42,383 nucleotides of DNA from an uncultured Erysipelotrichaceae bacterium (GTDB lineage: Bacteria; Bacillota_I; Bacilli_A; Erysipelotrichales; Erysipelotrichaceae): the NCBI GenBank assembly GCA_900320455.1, contig ONSK01000070.1, positions 1-42,383 on the forward strand. Reading direction: 5' to 3'. The translations under genes and the position numbers were made by a program. How positions within the stretch are numbered: position 1 is the stretch's first letter; each line of letters starts with the position of its first letter. The notes under the pieces are model-generated. The model made no database searches. It had not been told where the DNA came from and worked only from the letters and a program-made list of their open reading frames with translations. Below are positions 33,353-42,383 of this stretch, in pieces.

Positions 33353-35668
33353 TTATTTCATGACAACGACAGTCGCTCCAGTTCCCCCTTCATTGGGCAT
33401 GCCGATGCGGAATTCCTTGACGTTGTGATTGTTTTTCAGACGGTTCTGCACCGCAGTGCGCAGTCTGCCGGTTCCGTCACCGTGAATGATGCGGAATGTC
33501 TTCAGACCGTACAGCTGGGCCTGATCCATATACTCATCCATTCTCTCCATCGCCTCATCAACGCGCATGCCGATCAGGTTGCATTCCGTGGACATCGTGG
33601 AATAGATGGTATGAGATGCGATATTGACGGACGTCGTGTTCTTCGTTTTGGGAATCACATGACTGCTCGGACGGATCTGATCGCGGCGGACACGCATCTC
33701 TCTTCCGTTAAGCAGAATGCGGATATTCTTCTTCTCCACCGATACGACCTCGCAGACCCTGCCGGAAGAGCGCAGCTCCACGGCATCATGCGGTTTGTAT
33801 TCATGATTCTCATCCGGTTCAATGACGTTCTCAGGCTCCTCCGATAATTCAGAAAGCTCATGGCGCATGCGGATGGCTTCATGGTATTTGACGTCCGGCT
33901 GTTTCCTCAGCTGTTCGAGAATGCGGTCAGCTTCCTTCTTGCGTTCCTCAAGATACTCCTCGGCTTCACTCTCCGCTTTCGCGCGCCATTCGTCCTTTTC
34001 CTTTTCAAAGCGGTTCTTCTCCTGACGGAGCTTTTCCGCTTCCTTTTCGGCATCCGCAAGAGCGCGTGAGAGCGCTTCTTCTTTTTCCGTGACTTCATTC
34101 AGCTGCTTTTCCAGACGCTCAATCAGAATGTCTTCTTCTGTCTTCGCCTGGTTTTTCAGGAAGCGGGCATACTTGACGATGCCTTCCGGAAGGCCGTACC
34201 GTTCCGCAACCTCGAGGGCATTGGAAGAACCGGTCAGTCCTTCAATGTATCTGTATGTCGGCATCAGTTTTTCCATATCAAACTGGACGGATGCCGTCAG
34301 GATATCCTTGTGGCGCTTGCCGTATGCCTTCAATCTTCCGTAATGGGTTGTCGCGACTGTCATGCATCCCTTCTCACGCAGATCATTGAGGATGGCGATT
34401 GCGAGGCTTTCGCCTTCGCGGGGATCTGTTCCGCTGCCGACTTCATCCAGCAGCACCAGGCTGTTCTCGGTCGCTTCACGGCATACTTCCGCCTGTTTGC
34501 GGATGTGCGCGCTGAAGGAGGACAGCGAGGAAACTACGCTCTGATCATCGCCGATATCCACAAAGACACGGTCAAACAGAGGCAGCACCGCCTCGTCGCA
34601 GCATACCGGCATGCCGCAGTATGTCATGATGACCGCAAGTCCGATCACTTTCATGGATACGGTTTTTCCGCCGGTGTTGGGACCGGTGATCAGAAGCAGA
34701 CGGCACGGATCCTCGATCCGATAGTTGTTGGCAACGACCTTCTGGGGATCGATCAGCGGATGTCTTGCCCGCTTCAGTATGATTTTCTTTTCTTCGCAAA
34801 GCTTGGCAGCGCACGCTTCCATCGCGTTTCCCCACTGCGCTTTGGCGAAGATCTCATCCAGGATCCCGCATGTTTCGATATTGGCTGTCAGCTCATGCGA
34901 ATACTTTCCGCATTCGTGCGAACATTCCAGAAGGATCCTGTCTGTTTCTGTCTTTTCTCTCTGCAGAAGTTCCTGTTTGCGGTTGTTGACGGCAACCAGC
35001 GGTGCCGGTTCGATATAGGAAGCCTGGCCGCTTGCGCTGTCACCGTATACCAGACCGCCGAAGCTGTTCTTGTCCGATGCGCGCACAAGAATCACTGCTC
35101 TGCCGGCGCGGTATGTGATGATGGAGTCCACCACGGAATCCTGGTGGGCTGCCACAAAGCGCTGGGCAGCGGCAGCGATTTCCTGGTCGATCCGGCGCAG
35201 TGAGACGCGGACAGAGCGCAGCTCATCACTGGCGGAGTCCATCACTTCACCGTAATCGTTGATGCATCTGCTGAGATATTTCTCCAGATGATCATGCACG
35301 GCAATGGTTCCCGTCAGATCCTTCAGAGAATCATGCGGCACATCGATCAGTGAGCGTTCATATGACATCAGGGAACGAAATCCCTGGATCAGCCGGATCA
35401 CACCGGCAAGATCATTGCCGGTAAGTGCTCTTCCCTTGGCAGCCGCGTTCAGTGCTTCACGCATGTCACGGATCCCGTAGAACGGCATCGGTCCGTATTT
35501 TCTGACTGCTTCCAGCGCTTCTTTGACATACGAAAGATTCCGCCTGATCACAAGCGGATCAAATGAGGGCTCCGTATTTTCAAGATGTTCCTTTCCCAGT
35601 GAGAAAGAACAGTACGGCAGCATTTTTCTGATGATTTCGTTCAGTTCAAGACTGGCAGATGTACTCAT
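33353..35668 (-). CDS. mutS2: MutS2 family ATPase/endonuclease with Smr domain
   Basis: ARHPLI, ITGPNTGGKT, DIGDDQS...SLSSFS, DEVGSGTDP and C-terminal IIHGDGTG...GGTGATVV. Confidence 0.97.
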   Translation of the reverse strand: MSTSASLELNEIIRKMLPYCSFSLGKEHLENTEPSFDPLVIRRNLSYVKEALEAVRKYGPMPFYGIRDMREALNAAAKGRALTGNDLAGVIRLIQGFRSLMSYERSLIDVPHDSLKDLTGTIAVHDHLEKYLSRCINDYGEVMDSASDELRSVRVSLRRIDQEIAAAAQRFVAAHQDSVVDSIITYRAGRAVILVRASDKNSFGGLVYGDSASGQASYIEPAPLVAVNNRKQELLQREKTETDRILLECSHECGKYSHELTANIETCGILDEIFAKAQWGNAMEACAAKLCEEKKIILKRARHPLIDPQKVVANNYRIEDPCRLLLITGPNTGGKTVSMKVIGLAVIMTYCGMPVCCDEAVLPLFDRVFVDIGDDQSVVSSLSSFSAHIRKQAEVCREATENSLVLLDEVGSGTDPREGESLAIAILNDLREKGCMTVATTHYGRLKAYGKRHKDILTASVQFDMEKLMPTYRYIEGLTGSSNALEVAERYGLPEGIVKYARFLKNQAKTEEDILIERLEKQLNEVTEKEEALSRALADAEKEAEKLRQEKNRFEKEKDEWRAKAESEAEEYLEERKKEADRILEQLRKQPDVKYHEAIRMRHELSELSEEPENVIEPDENHEYKPHDAVELRSSGRVCEVVSVEKKNIRILLNGREMRVRRDQIRPSSHVIPKTKNTTSVNIASHTIYSTMSTECNLIGMRVDEAMERMDEYMDQAQLYGLKTFRIIHGDGTGRLRTAVQNRLKNNHNVKEFRIGMPNEGGTGATVVVMK

Positions 35669-35683
35669 TTGTTATTCCTTTCA

Positions 35684-36352
35684 TTACGGCAGAATTTCGG
35701 TGATGGATGAATTGTACTGATATCCGTGTTCATCCAGCCACGAACTCAGGGCGTCCTGTTCCTTCTTTGTCAGAAATGAAACATTCTCGCTCAGTGTATG
35801 CAGGGCTTCCGAGCTCATGACCGGCTGCGCCAGTTCCTTGAAGACGGAGGATACCAGTTCATTGACCGGCTTGAGCACTGTCTTTTCCACTGCCAGCACA
35901 CCGTTGTTGAAGAGCGGTGTCTGCAGAAGAACGGAAACCACAACTGTCAGCACAGCCGCCTCGCAGAGCGCGAATGCGCTTCCTGCCAGCGAACTGATCG
36001 TATTGACAACCGGAAGCTTCTGGGTGCCTTCCGCAACCTTGTCAAGAATCGCGAAGAGAATGCGCATGATGACAAAGAGAACAAGGAACCAGCAGATCTG
36101 ATTCAGATACTGATACGCAGCCTCCGCAAAGGACGTATCCTGCAGAAGCGCCCACTCTTTCGGCCAAAGACGGAAATACTTGCCGAGGACGGAAGAAACC
36201 GCCCAGGCGGCGTATACGGAGACAATCGTGCCGAACAGGCCGATCGTGACTCTGATGATTCCCTTCTTCCAGCCGACGGCGAAGAAGATACCGATTATTA
36301 CAACTGCGGCGATATTGACCGGCCACAGCCATGTGTTATCAACTGTAAACAT
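35684..36352 (-). CDS. CvpA family membrane protein
   Basis: GWKKGII motif and 4 TM segments; divergent from rnhC and upstream of mutS2 as in Bacilli. Start reassigned to ATG 36352 (SD GAGGT). Confidence 0.8.
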   Translation of the reverse strand: MFTVDNTWLWPVNIAAVVIIGIFFAVGWKKGIIRVTIGLFGTIVSVYAAWAVSSVLGKYFRLWPKEWALLQDTSFAEAAYQYLNQICWFLVLFVIMRILFAILDKVAEGTQKLPVVNTISSLAGSAFALCEAAVLTVVVSVLLQTPLFNNGVLAVEKTVLKPVNELVSSVFKELAQPVMSSEALHTLSENVSFLTKKEQDALSSWLDEHGYQYNSSITEILP

Positions 36353-36390
36353 ATAAAATACCTCGCTTCTAACCAATGATAAACAAATCT

Positions 36391-36419
36391 TTCCAGCTTC
36401 GCAATCGCGATGATAGAAT
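36391..36419 (+). promoter_or_regulatory. Extended -10 promoter 6 nt upstream of the rnhC ATG (leaderless)
   Basis: TTCCAG, 17-nt spacer, TGaTAGAAT (36414-36419), GATACC, ATG. Confidence 0.6.
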
Positions 36420-36425
36420 GATACC

Positions 36426-37283
36426 ATGTCAAAAACATCGATTACACTCATGCTCAGCCCTTCCCAGGCGGATCAGCTTTACCGGACGTTTGCCTCCTGC
36501 AGCGTCAAAGCGCCGCAGTACGCGGAATGGTGCCTGAAGTGCGAAAACTGCACGATCACCCGCTATACAAGCGGTAAAACACTGTTTCAGGGCAGTGACG
36601 CGGAAGTATATGCCGCTGCCTTTATGGAGCCTGATACTTCGATTCATGCCCATGCGGGAAGCGATGAAGTCGGTACCGGCGATTATTTCGGACCGGTATG
36701 CGTCTGCGCGGTCTTTGCGGATGACGCGGGAATCGCTCTGATTCATAAGCTTGGCGTGCATGATTCCAAGCAGATCAAAGATGAGGATATCCGCAAGGCA
36801 GCCCCTGTTCTGATGGAACAGCTCCCTCACAGTCTGTTAATTGTCCCCTGCGCCAAGTACAACCAGGTTCATGAAAGATCCAACCTCAACGCGATCAAGG
36901 CGCTTCTGCACAATCAGGCCTATGTGAACTTACGGAAGAAGACAGCTTTGCCAAAACTGATCGTCATCGACCAGTTCACACCGGAAAAAAGCTATTACCG
37001 CTATATCTCATCGGAAAAGGAAATCGTCCGCGGCATTCACTTTGAAACAAAAGCCGAGGACAAATACCCGGCAGTCGGCGCCGCTTCCGTCATTGCCCGC
37101 TATGCGTTCCTGAAATATATGGAAGAGATGGACGCCAGATACGGCATGCATTTCCCCTTCGGCGCATCCGGCACCGTCGATCAGGCAGGCATCGCGTTCG
37201 CTGAAAAGTACGGAAAGGACAGACTCGGCGAAGTTGCCAAGCTGCATTTCAAGAATACGGAAAAAATCATGGAGAGGCTCTAA
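36426..37283 (+). CDS. rnhC: Ribonuclease HIII
   Basis: TBP-like N-domain (YTSGKTLFQG), GSDEVGTGDYFGP, DSK, IDQF, AASVIAR and AKLHFKNT. Confidence 0.97.
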   Translation: MSKTSITLMLSPSQADQLYRTFASCSVKAPQYAEWCLKCENCTITRYTSGKTLFQGSDAEVYAAAFMEPDTSIHAHAGSDEVGTGDYFGPVCVCAVFADDAGIALIHKLGVHDSKQIKDEDIRKAAPVLMEQLPHSLLIVPCAKYNQVHERSNLNAIKALLHNQAYVNLRKKTALPKLIVIDQFTPEKSYYRYISSEKEIVRGIHFETKAEDKYPAVGAASVIARYAFLKYMEEMDARYGMHFPFGASGTVDQAGIAFAEKYGKDRLGEVAKLHFKNTEKIMERL

Positions 37284-37297
37284 GCCCCTCCATTTTT
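37261..37297. terminator. Terminator between convergent rnhC and dCMP deaminase
   Basis: ATGGAGAGGCT-CTA-AGCCCCTCCAT followed by TTTT; A-tract on the other side. Confidence 0.65.
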
Positions 37298-37791
37298 CAC
37301 AGTTCCGGATTTTTCTTCTTTTCCACCGTCAGGGAGATCGTGTTCTCCAGACGGCAGAGTTCAACCCCGGCAGCTCTCAGCATGCGCTTGGAAGCGATGT
37401 TGGTATCGATGCCGTTGTACTTGTCTGATTCATAGACGATTCTCTTGATGCCTGCCTGAATGATTGCCTTGGCGCATTCATTGCAGGGAAACAGCGAAAC
37501 GTAGACCGTGCAGCCGCTGACCGGCCATTTGGAATTGAGAATAGCATTCAATTCGGCATGAACGACAAAGGCGTATTTGGTATCCAGCACACCGCCTTCC
37601 CTTCCCCACGGAAATTCGTCATCGGAACAGCCTTTCGGCAGTCCGTTGTAGCCGACGGAAACGACACGGTGATTCTCATCGACAATCGCCGCCCCGACCT
37701 GTGTGTTGGGATCTTTTGAGCGCAGTGCGGAAAGGTGTGCCAGGCCCATGAAATATTCGTCCCAGTTCAGTACTTCTTCTCGCTTGTTCAT
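37297..37791 (-). CDS. dCMP deaminase (ComEB-like)
   Basis: WDEYFM, RSKDPNTQVGA, HAELNAI and FPCNECAK. Confidence 0.95.
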   Translation of the reverse strand: MNKREEVLNWDEYFMGLAHLSALRSKDPNTQVGAAIVDENHRVVSVGYNGLPKGCSDDEFPWGREGGVLDTKYAFVVHAELNAILNSKWPVSGCTVYVSLFPCNECAKAIIQAGIKRIVYESDKYNGIDTNIASKRMLRAAGVELCRLENTISLTVEKKKNPEL

Positions 37792-37792
37792 A

Positions 37793-38599
37793 TCAGTTAT
37801 CCTCTCTGATCAGCCAGGAAAGCGTATCTTCCGAATCATACAGCACGTCAAGCCTCTCAGCCATTCTGACGGCATGACTTTTCAGACCGATCTCACATTC
37901 CCTCTTCAGTATATTATAATCCGACCGCATATAGATCTGTTCTGCCGGAATCCGCCATCCTCTGTATGTGAAAATACAGAGAACAGCCGCGTACAGCACG
38001 GCAGCGATCCGGAAATGGATGCTTTTGAACTTCTTTTTTGTTTCTTCTGAAAGAAGAGCTGTCAGAAACAGACCGGCGATATAGCCGCCGATATGACCTG
38101 TGACAGAGATCGCCGGCATGAAATTCATCAGAATACAGATCACATACGTTCTGATCAGAGATGTTCTGATCACCGGTATCTTTGCCAGATCCATACTGAA
38201 GACGATGACCGAATACCCCGCCAGCAAGCCATACAGTCCGCCGGAAAGACCGATTGTCACCGTATTGCCTTCTGTGCAGAAGGTAAAGAGACTTCCTCCG
38301 ATCACTGATCCAAACAAAATCACAGCGTATTTGAGATGTCCCATCTTCAGTTCCATAAAAGAACCCATGCTTGTCAGCGAAAACATGTTGACGGCAAGAT
38401 GAAGAAACGAGACATGCACAAGACCGGCTGTCAGAAATCTCCAGTATTCTCCGCACATGATAAACGGCTTGTAATATGCCCCGCACAGGATCGCGCTTTC
38501 AGCCGCGTTTTCCATACCGGAAAACAGCGACAGAATGAATATCACAGTGCATACGATCACTGTGCCAAGCGTCACCGGCGGAAGATTCAGCCGTTTCAT
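37793..38599 (-). CDS. Rhomboid family intramembrane serine protease
   Basis: EYWRFLT, H....HLAVN, catalytic GLSG and GHIGG. Confidence 0.93.
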   Translation of the reverse strand: MKRLNLPPVTLGTVIVCTVIFILSLFSGMENAAESAILCGAYYKPFIMCGEYWRFLTAGLVHVSFLHLAVNMFSLTSMGSFMELKMGHLKYAVILFGSVIGGSLFTFCTEGNTVTIGLSGGLYGLLAGYSVIVFSMDLAKIPVIRTSLIRTYVICILMNFMPAISVTGHIGGYIAGLFLTALLSEETKKKFKSIHFRIAAVLYAAVLCIFTYRGWRIPAEQIYMRSDYNILKRECEIGLKSHAVRMAERLDVLYDSEDTLSWLIREDN

Positions 38600-39513
38600 T
38601 TTGCGGACTCCTCTTCCAGCATGGCAAGAAGCTTTACGAAGTATTCCGGCAGCGGTGCCTGAAAGTGCATCTCCTCGCCTGTGGAAGGATGTACAAGGTA
38701 CAGATCCGAGGCATGGAGAACCTGTCCGCAGGTATCCATGTATCTGGATTTCTTTCCGTACTTCTCATCACCCATGACCGGATGACCGATGTATTTCATA
38801 TGCACTCTGATCTGATGCGTTCTGCCTGTTTCGAGATTGCACTCCACGAGCGTACAGCTCTTGAAGCGCTGCAGGACTTTGAAATGGGTGACAGCATTGC
38901 GGCTGTTTTTGTCCGTGACTGTCATCTTCTGACGGTCGCGGGGATCGCGTCCGATCGGAGCGTCGATCGTGCCGGCATCATGAACGATATTGCCCATGAC
39001 AATGGCTTTGTATGTACGGCGGCATGTCTTGTTTTCCAGCTGCTTCGCGATTGCCTCATGAGCAGCGTCGTTTTTGCAGGCGACGATGCAGCCGGTCGTA
39101 TCCTTGTCAATTCTGTGCACAATTCCCGGACGGATCACGCCGTTAATTCCGGAAAGATCCTCGCAGTGATACAGCAGCGCGTTGACAAGCGTTCCGCTGG
39201 TATTTCCGGCAGCGGGATGGACGACCATGCCCTTGGGCTTGTTGATGACGATGATGTCGCTGTCCTCATAGAGGATATCCAGCGGAATGTTTTCAGCTGT
39301 CACATCCAGCGGCACATCCTCGGGAACGTCGCATGTGATGACATCTCCCGGACATACCCTGTAGGATGCCTTCTCCGGTTTTCCGTTGATGAAGATCAGA
39401 CCCTGCCTGGCAAGATCCTGTATTCTCGAGCGGGAAAGATCGCTGATCGTGCTGAGATATTTATCCAGCCTTTCATCTGTGTCTTCTGCCGCAGTCCATT
39501 TCATTTCAGCCAT
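38596..39513 (-). CDS. rluD: RluA/RluD family pseudouridine synthase
   Basis: S4 domain, NKPKGMVVHP, VHRIDKDTTG and LETGRTHQIRVH; follows lspA. Confidence 0.93.
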   Translation of the reverse strand: MAEMKWTAAEDTDERLDKYLSTISDLSRSRIQDLARQGLIFINGKPEKASYRVCPGDVITCDVPEDVPLDVTAENIPLDILYEDSDIIVINKPKGMVVHPAAGNTSGTLVNALLYHCEDLSGINGVIRPGIVHRIDKDTTGCIVACKNDAAHEAIAKQLENKTCRRTYKAIVMGNIVHDAGTIDAPIGRDPRDRQKMTVTDKNSRNAVTHFKVLQRFKSCTLVECNLETGRTHQIRVHMKYIGHPVMGDEKYGKKSRYMDTCGQVLHASDLYLVHPSTGEEMHFQAPLPEYFVKLLAMLEEESAK

Positions 39514-39955
39514 TCTTCTTTTCCTCCGCCATTGTTGTCAGAAACAGGATAAAGACGCCGATGCACAGCGCTGAATCCGCAATATTGAATATCGGAAAGT
39601 CATAACCGAAAATATAGAAATCAAGGAAATCCCTGACATATCCAAGCACCGCTCTGTCATACAGGTTGCCTGCCGCTCCGCCGATCATCAGGGCAAGAGC
39701 GATCTTTGTGTATTTGCTGCATTGATGTGTTCTGAGATACCAGACCATTCCGACGATTGCCGCAAAGGAAACCGCCGCAAGGATCATAGTATGTCCGGAA
39801 AGCATGGACCATGCCATGCCGGTATTCTCAGCATATGTAATATGAAAAAAACCGGGTATCAGTTTGATGGAGTGCATCGTTGTATCGTTCTGAATCCAGG
39901 ATTTGCTGATGAGATCGATCACGATCACAGCAGCGCTGATCAGTAAAACAGTCAT
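39506..39955 (-). CDS. lspA: Lipoprotein signal peptidase II
   Basis: ENTGMAWS, GAAGNLYDR, VRDF and FNIAD. Confidence 0.97.
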   Translation of the reverse strand: MTVLLISAAVIVIDLISKSWIQNDTTMHSIKLIPGFFHITYAENTGMAWSMLSGHTMILAAVSFAAIVGMVWYLRTHQCSKYTKIALALMIGGAAGNLYDRAVLGYVRDFLDFYIFGYDFPIFNIADSALCIGVFILFLTTMAEEKKNG

Positions 39956-39978
39956 TTTAACACCTCTGAATCAGTCTG

Positions 39979-40007
39979 ATTGTATCAGCAGAACCACCTC
40001 TTGACAA
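39979..40007 (-). promoter_or_regulatory. sigmaA promoter of the lspA-rluD-rhomboid-deaminase operon
   Basis: TTGTCA (40007-40002), 17-nt spacer ending TGA, TACAAT (39984-39979). Confidence 0.75.
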
Positions 40008-40020
40008 TCTCTGCCGGGTT

Positions 40021-40051
40021 TAAAAAAAGAATGAACTTCCGTTCATCCTCT
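40021..40051 (-). terminator. Intrinsic terminator after the TSCPD gene
   Basis: GGATGAAC-GGAA-GTTCATTC followed by TTTTTTT. Confidence 0.75.
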
Positions 40052-40303
40052 CTGTGCGATATATGCCTTCAGACCTTTGGCAATCTGATCCGGGCAGGAT
40101 GTCGGCTTCATGCCGCAGGTGATTCCATCCAGCGCCTCGATGACCTCATCGATCTTTCTGCCTTTGACAAGGGAAGCGATTCCCTTCAGATTGCCGTTGC
40201 AGCCATGGATCACTTCCATGCTTTCGACAGTGTCACCGTCAAGTTCAAATATCATCTTTGTAGAACATGTTCCTTTCGGACTGTACTCATAATGTGTGCT
40301 CAT
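40043..40303 (-). CDS. TIGR03905 family TSCPD-domain protein
   Basis: KGTCS...GCNGNLKGI...GITCG.KPTSCPDQ. Confidence 0.93.
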   Translation of the reverse strand: MSTHYEYSPKGTCSTKMIFELDGDTVESMEVIHGCNGNLKGIASLVKGRKIDEVIEALDGITCGMKPTSCPDQIAKGLKAYIAQRG

Positions 40304-40362
40304 ACGTTATCTCCTCGTGGGCTATTCTAACATACAGGATCAATTTGAAAAGACATTTGACC

Positions 40363-40392
40363 GGAAAAAAGAATCCCTTCCGGGATTCCTGA
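40363..40392 (-). terminator. Intrinsic terminator after rubrerythrin
   Basis: GGAATCCC-GGAA-GGGATTCT followed by TTTTT. Confidence 0.8.
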
Positions 40393-40935
40393 TCAGTAGT
40401 TCTCGCGCTTTACTTCGAAATAGCTCTGCGGGTGTGCGCAAACCGGGCAGACGATCGGAGCTTCAATGGCTGTTACCGTATATCCGCAGTTGCGGCACTG
40501 CCATGTTACTGCGTCTTCCTTCCTGAATACGACGCCGTCCTTGATGTTGGCCAGCAGCTTTGCATAGCGCTCCTCGTGTTCCTTTTCAATCGCGGCAACG
40601 CCTCTGAACTGCTCAGCGATTTCCGGGAAGCCTTCTTCCTCAGCTGTTGCGGCGAACTCCTTGTACATTTCTGTCCATTCGTAGTTCTCACCCTGGGCTG
40701 CCTGCAGCAGGTTCTCCGGCGTATCCTTGATCTTTCCGCCCTGCAGATACTTGAACCACATCTTTGCGTGTTCCTTTTCGTTTCCTGCTGTCAGAGCGAA
40801 GATCTCAGCAATCTGTTCGTAGCCGTCCTTCTTTGCCTTGCTTGCCCAGTAATCATACTTGTTGCGGGCCTGGCTCTCTCCGGCGAATGCTGTTTCGAGA
40901 TTCTTCTCTGTTTTTGTTCCTTTCAGTTCCTTCAT
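40393..40935 (-). CDS. rbr: Rubrerythrin
   Basis: [31 protein letters not shown] and rubredoxin-like CRNCG/CPVC; start at ATG 40935 with SD GAGGAGG. Confidence 0.96.
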   Translation of the reverse strand: MKELKGTKTEKNLETAFAGESQARNKYDYWASKAKKDGYEQIAEIFALTAGNEKEHAKMWFKYLQGGKIKDTPENLLQAAQGENYEWTEMYKEFAATAEEEGFPEIAEQFRGVAAIEKEHEERYAKLLANIKDGVVFRKEDAVTWQCRNCGYTVTAIEAPIVCPVCAHPQSYFEVKRENY

Positions 40936-40978
40936 CTGAATATCCTCCTCTATTTGATTATACACGGAAATGACCGTT

Positions 40979-42382
40979 TTATACTCTGGACTGATTCAGC
41001 AGAGGCATGCTGAACCAGAAAGTGCTTCCTTCCTGCGGTGCGGAGATCACTCCGTACTTGGCATGATGGAGATCCAGAATCTCCTTCGCGATGGAAAGAC
41101 CGATGCCGCTGCCGGAAGAAACACGCACATGTTCCTTGTCCACCTTGTAATATCTGTCCCAGATATTGGGAAGATCCTTTTCCTCAATGCCGGCGCCGAA
41201 GTCTCTGACTTCCACCTTCGCATTGTTTCCTTCCGCATACGCCTTGACGATAATATGCTTCTTTTCACCGGAATAGTTGATGGCATTCGTCATAAAGTTG
41301 TTGAACACCTGTTCCAGACGCTTTCTGTCAGCTGAGGCTGTCAGTCCGTCTTCAATGCTCTCTTCGATCTCGAATCCTTCCTGCATCCGGTAAACGTCAT
41401 ATTTGCGCATCTGGGTGCGGATCAGATCAGAGAGATCGATTTCTTCCGGATTGATCGTGATCTTTCCTTCCTGCAGTTTGGAGAGATCCAGCAGATCGTT
41501 GACCAGCGCGTTCAGGCGCTTGGATTCATCAACGATGACCTGCAGGTTCTCATCTGTCTTTTCTTCCGGCAGATCCTGCATCATCTCGCCATACCCGGTA
41601 ATCATGGTTAACGGCGTTCTCAGATCATGCGATACATTCGCAATCAGATCGCGCTTTGCCTTGTCCGCCTTCTGAATATCCTGGGCAGCCGCCGTCAGCG
41701 TTTCGTTTAATTCCGCTGCTTCTCTGTAGCGGTTTGTTCTTTCATCAGCCTCATAAGAACCGCTCGGAAGCTGCTTGGCTGCTTCATTGATCGCCGCCAG
41801 CGGCTTGGCAATCTGGTTGTACATCAGATACGTCAGGATAATCACTGCGACGGCAATGATCATGCCGATATAGAGCAGCTGTCTCTGCAGTGTTGTCACT
41901 GTCGCATCCAGCGGCGTGATCGTGCTGGAAACCATGACGACGGTATCACCCTCTTCACCGTAGATGATCCTCGTATAGATGATGGATTTCAGCTTTTCAT
42001 CGAAATGTCCGAAATCCTCTTTTGTTCCGATATACAGATATGTTCCGTCTTCCGAAGAAGATACTCTGGCGATATTCTCCAGGATTTCCTTCGGAGTCAG
42101 GCGGTTCTGCAGACCGCGTGAAAACCGTGCTTCATATTCCAGTCCTTCCGAGGAAGGAAACAGAACGCCGATGCTGGCATCCGTGCGCAGCTGTCTGCTT
42201 TCAATGATGGAATCCAGATCATCCGTCTCCAGATTGCGGACAACTTCATCCGCAACACTGATGATGGATTTGACCTTGGCGGATTCATACATCGGCTCAA
42301 GCAGAAACACCTGGAATACAAACAGGACGGAAATGATACCTAAACCGAAAAACAGCAGATATCTGCCGATTTTCGTTTTTAG
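40979..42382 (-). CDS. Membrane sensor histidine kinase (TM-HAMP-HisKA-HATPase); 5' end outside the window
   Basis: The frame stays open to the window edge ([29 protein letters not shown], first TM); H box [21 protein letters not shown] and GSGIGLSI. Confidence 0.93.
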   Translation of the reverse strand, partial: LKTKIGRYLLFFGLGIISVLFVFQVFLLEPMYESAKVKSIISVADEVVRNLETDDLDSIIESRQLRTDASIGVLFPSSEGLEYEARFSRGLQNRLTPKEILENIARVSSSEDGTYLYIGTKEDFGHFDEKLKSIIYTRIIYGEEGDTVVMVSSTITPLDATVTTLQRQLLYIGMIIAVAVIILTYLMYNQIAKPLAAINEAAKQLPSGSYEADERTNRYREAAELNETLTAAAQDIQKADKAKRDLIANVSHDLRTPLTMITGYGEMMQDLPEEKTDENLQVIVDESKRLNALVNDLLDLSKLQEGKITINPEEIDLSDLIRTQMRKYDVYRMQEGFEIEESIEDGLTASADRKRLEQVFNNFMTNAINYSGEKKHIIVKAYAEGNNAKVEVRDFGAGIEEKDLPNIWDRYYKVDKEHVRVSSGSGIGLSIAKEILDLHHAKYGVISAPQEGSTFWFSMPLLNQSRV

Positions 42383-42383
42383 A

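Noticed and set aside
36353-36451. N-terminal extension of the CvpA ORF overlapping rnhC
   Set aside because: ATG 36352 has an SD, and the extension would cover the divergent promoter region and the rnhC start.
40936-40978. PerR/Fur box upstream of rubrerythrin
   Set aside because: Only a TATAAT -10 element is visible; there is no 7-1-7 inverted repeat.
1-42383. CRISPR arrays, IS elements, tandem repeats, frameshifted pseudogenes
   Set aside because: None seen by eye; intergenic gaps are short and are explained by promoters, terminators, the T-box, the candidate leader and the tRNA.

Overview
A mostly minus-strand stretch of core chromosome from an anaerobic Firmicute. DUF3196, a short ThrRS and tig directly next to lon suggest Erysipelotrichaceae (Solobacterium/Bulleidia-like), but this is inference. 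The left end (1-4950) is an electron-bifurcating [FeFe]-hydrogenase operon (HydC/NuoE, HydD, partial HydB/NuoF). Embedded in it is a signalling cassette: two DRTGG proteins, an RsbT-like kinase, a divergent group D-like hydrogenase, a PHP phosphoesterase and a stand-alone HATPase. Upstream is a NitT/TauT-type ABC permease and binding protein with no ATPase. Next come T-box-thrS, polC, a DUF853 ATPase, a galK-like kinase, rnc, recG, mupG-like, fakA, asp23, divIB, murB, murG, engB, lon, tig (tandem CIRCE), DUF3196, tRNA-Arg(UCU), a YfcE phosphoesterase, a small membrane protein, uvrC, mutS2, cvpA, rnhC, dCMP deaminase, rhomboid, rluD, lspA, a TSCPD protein, rubrerythrin and a partial sensor kinase. 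I saw no mobile element, CRISPR array or prophage. The best novelty candidate is the leader of the ABC binding protein (6769-6872, minus strand). It has the layout of a ZMP/ZTP riboswitch, including a co-varied pseudoknot whose 3' strand is the terminator arm, but several conserved positions differ, so it may be a variant riboswitch class. All calls are by eye, with no database searches.
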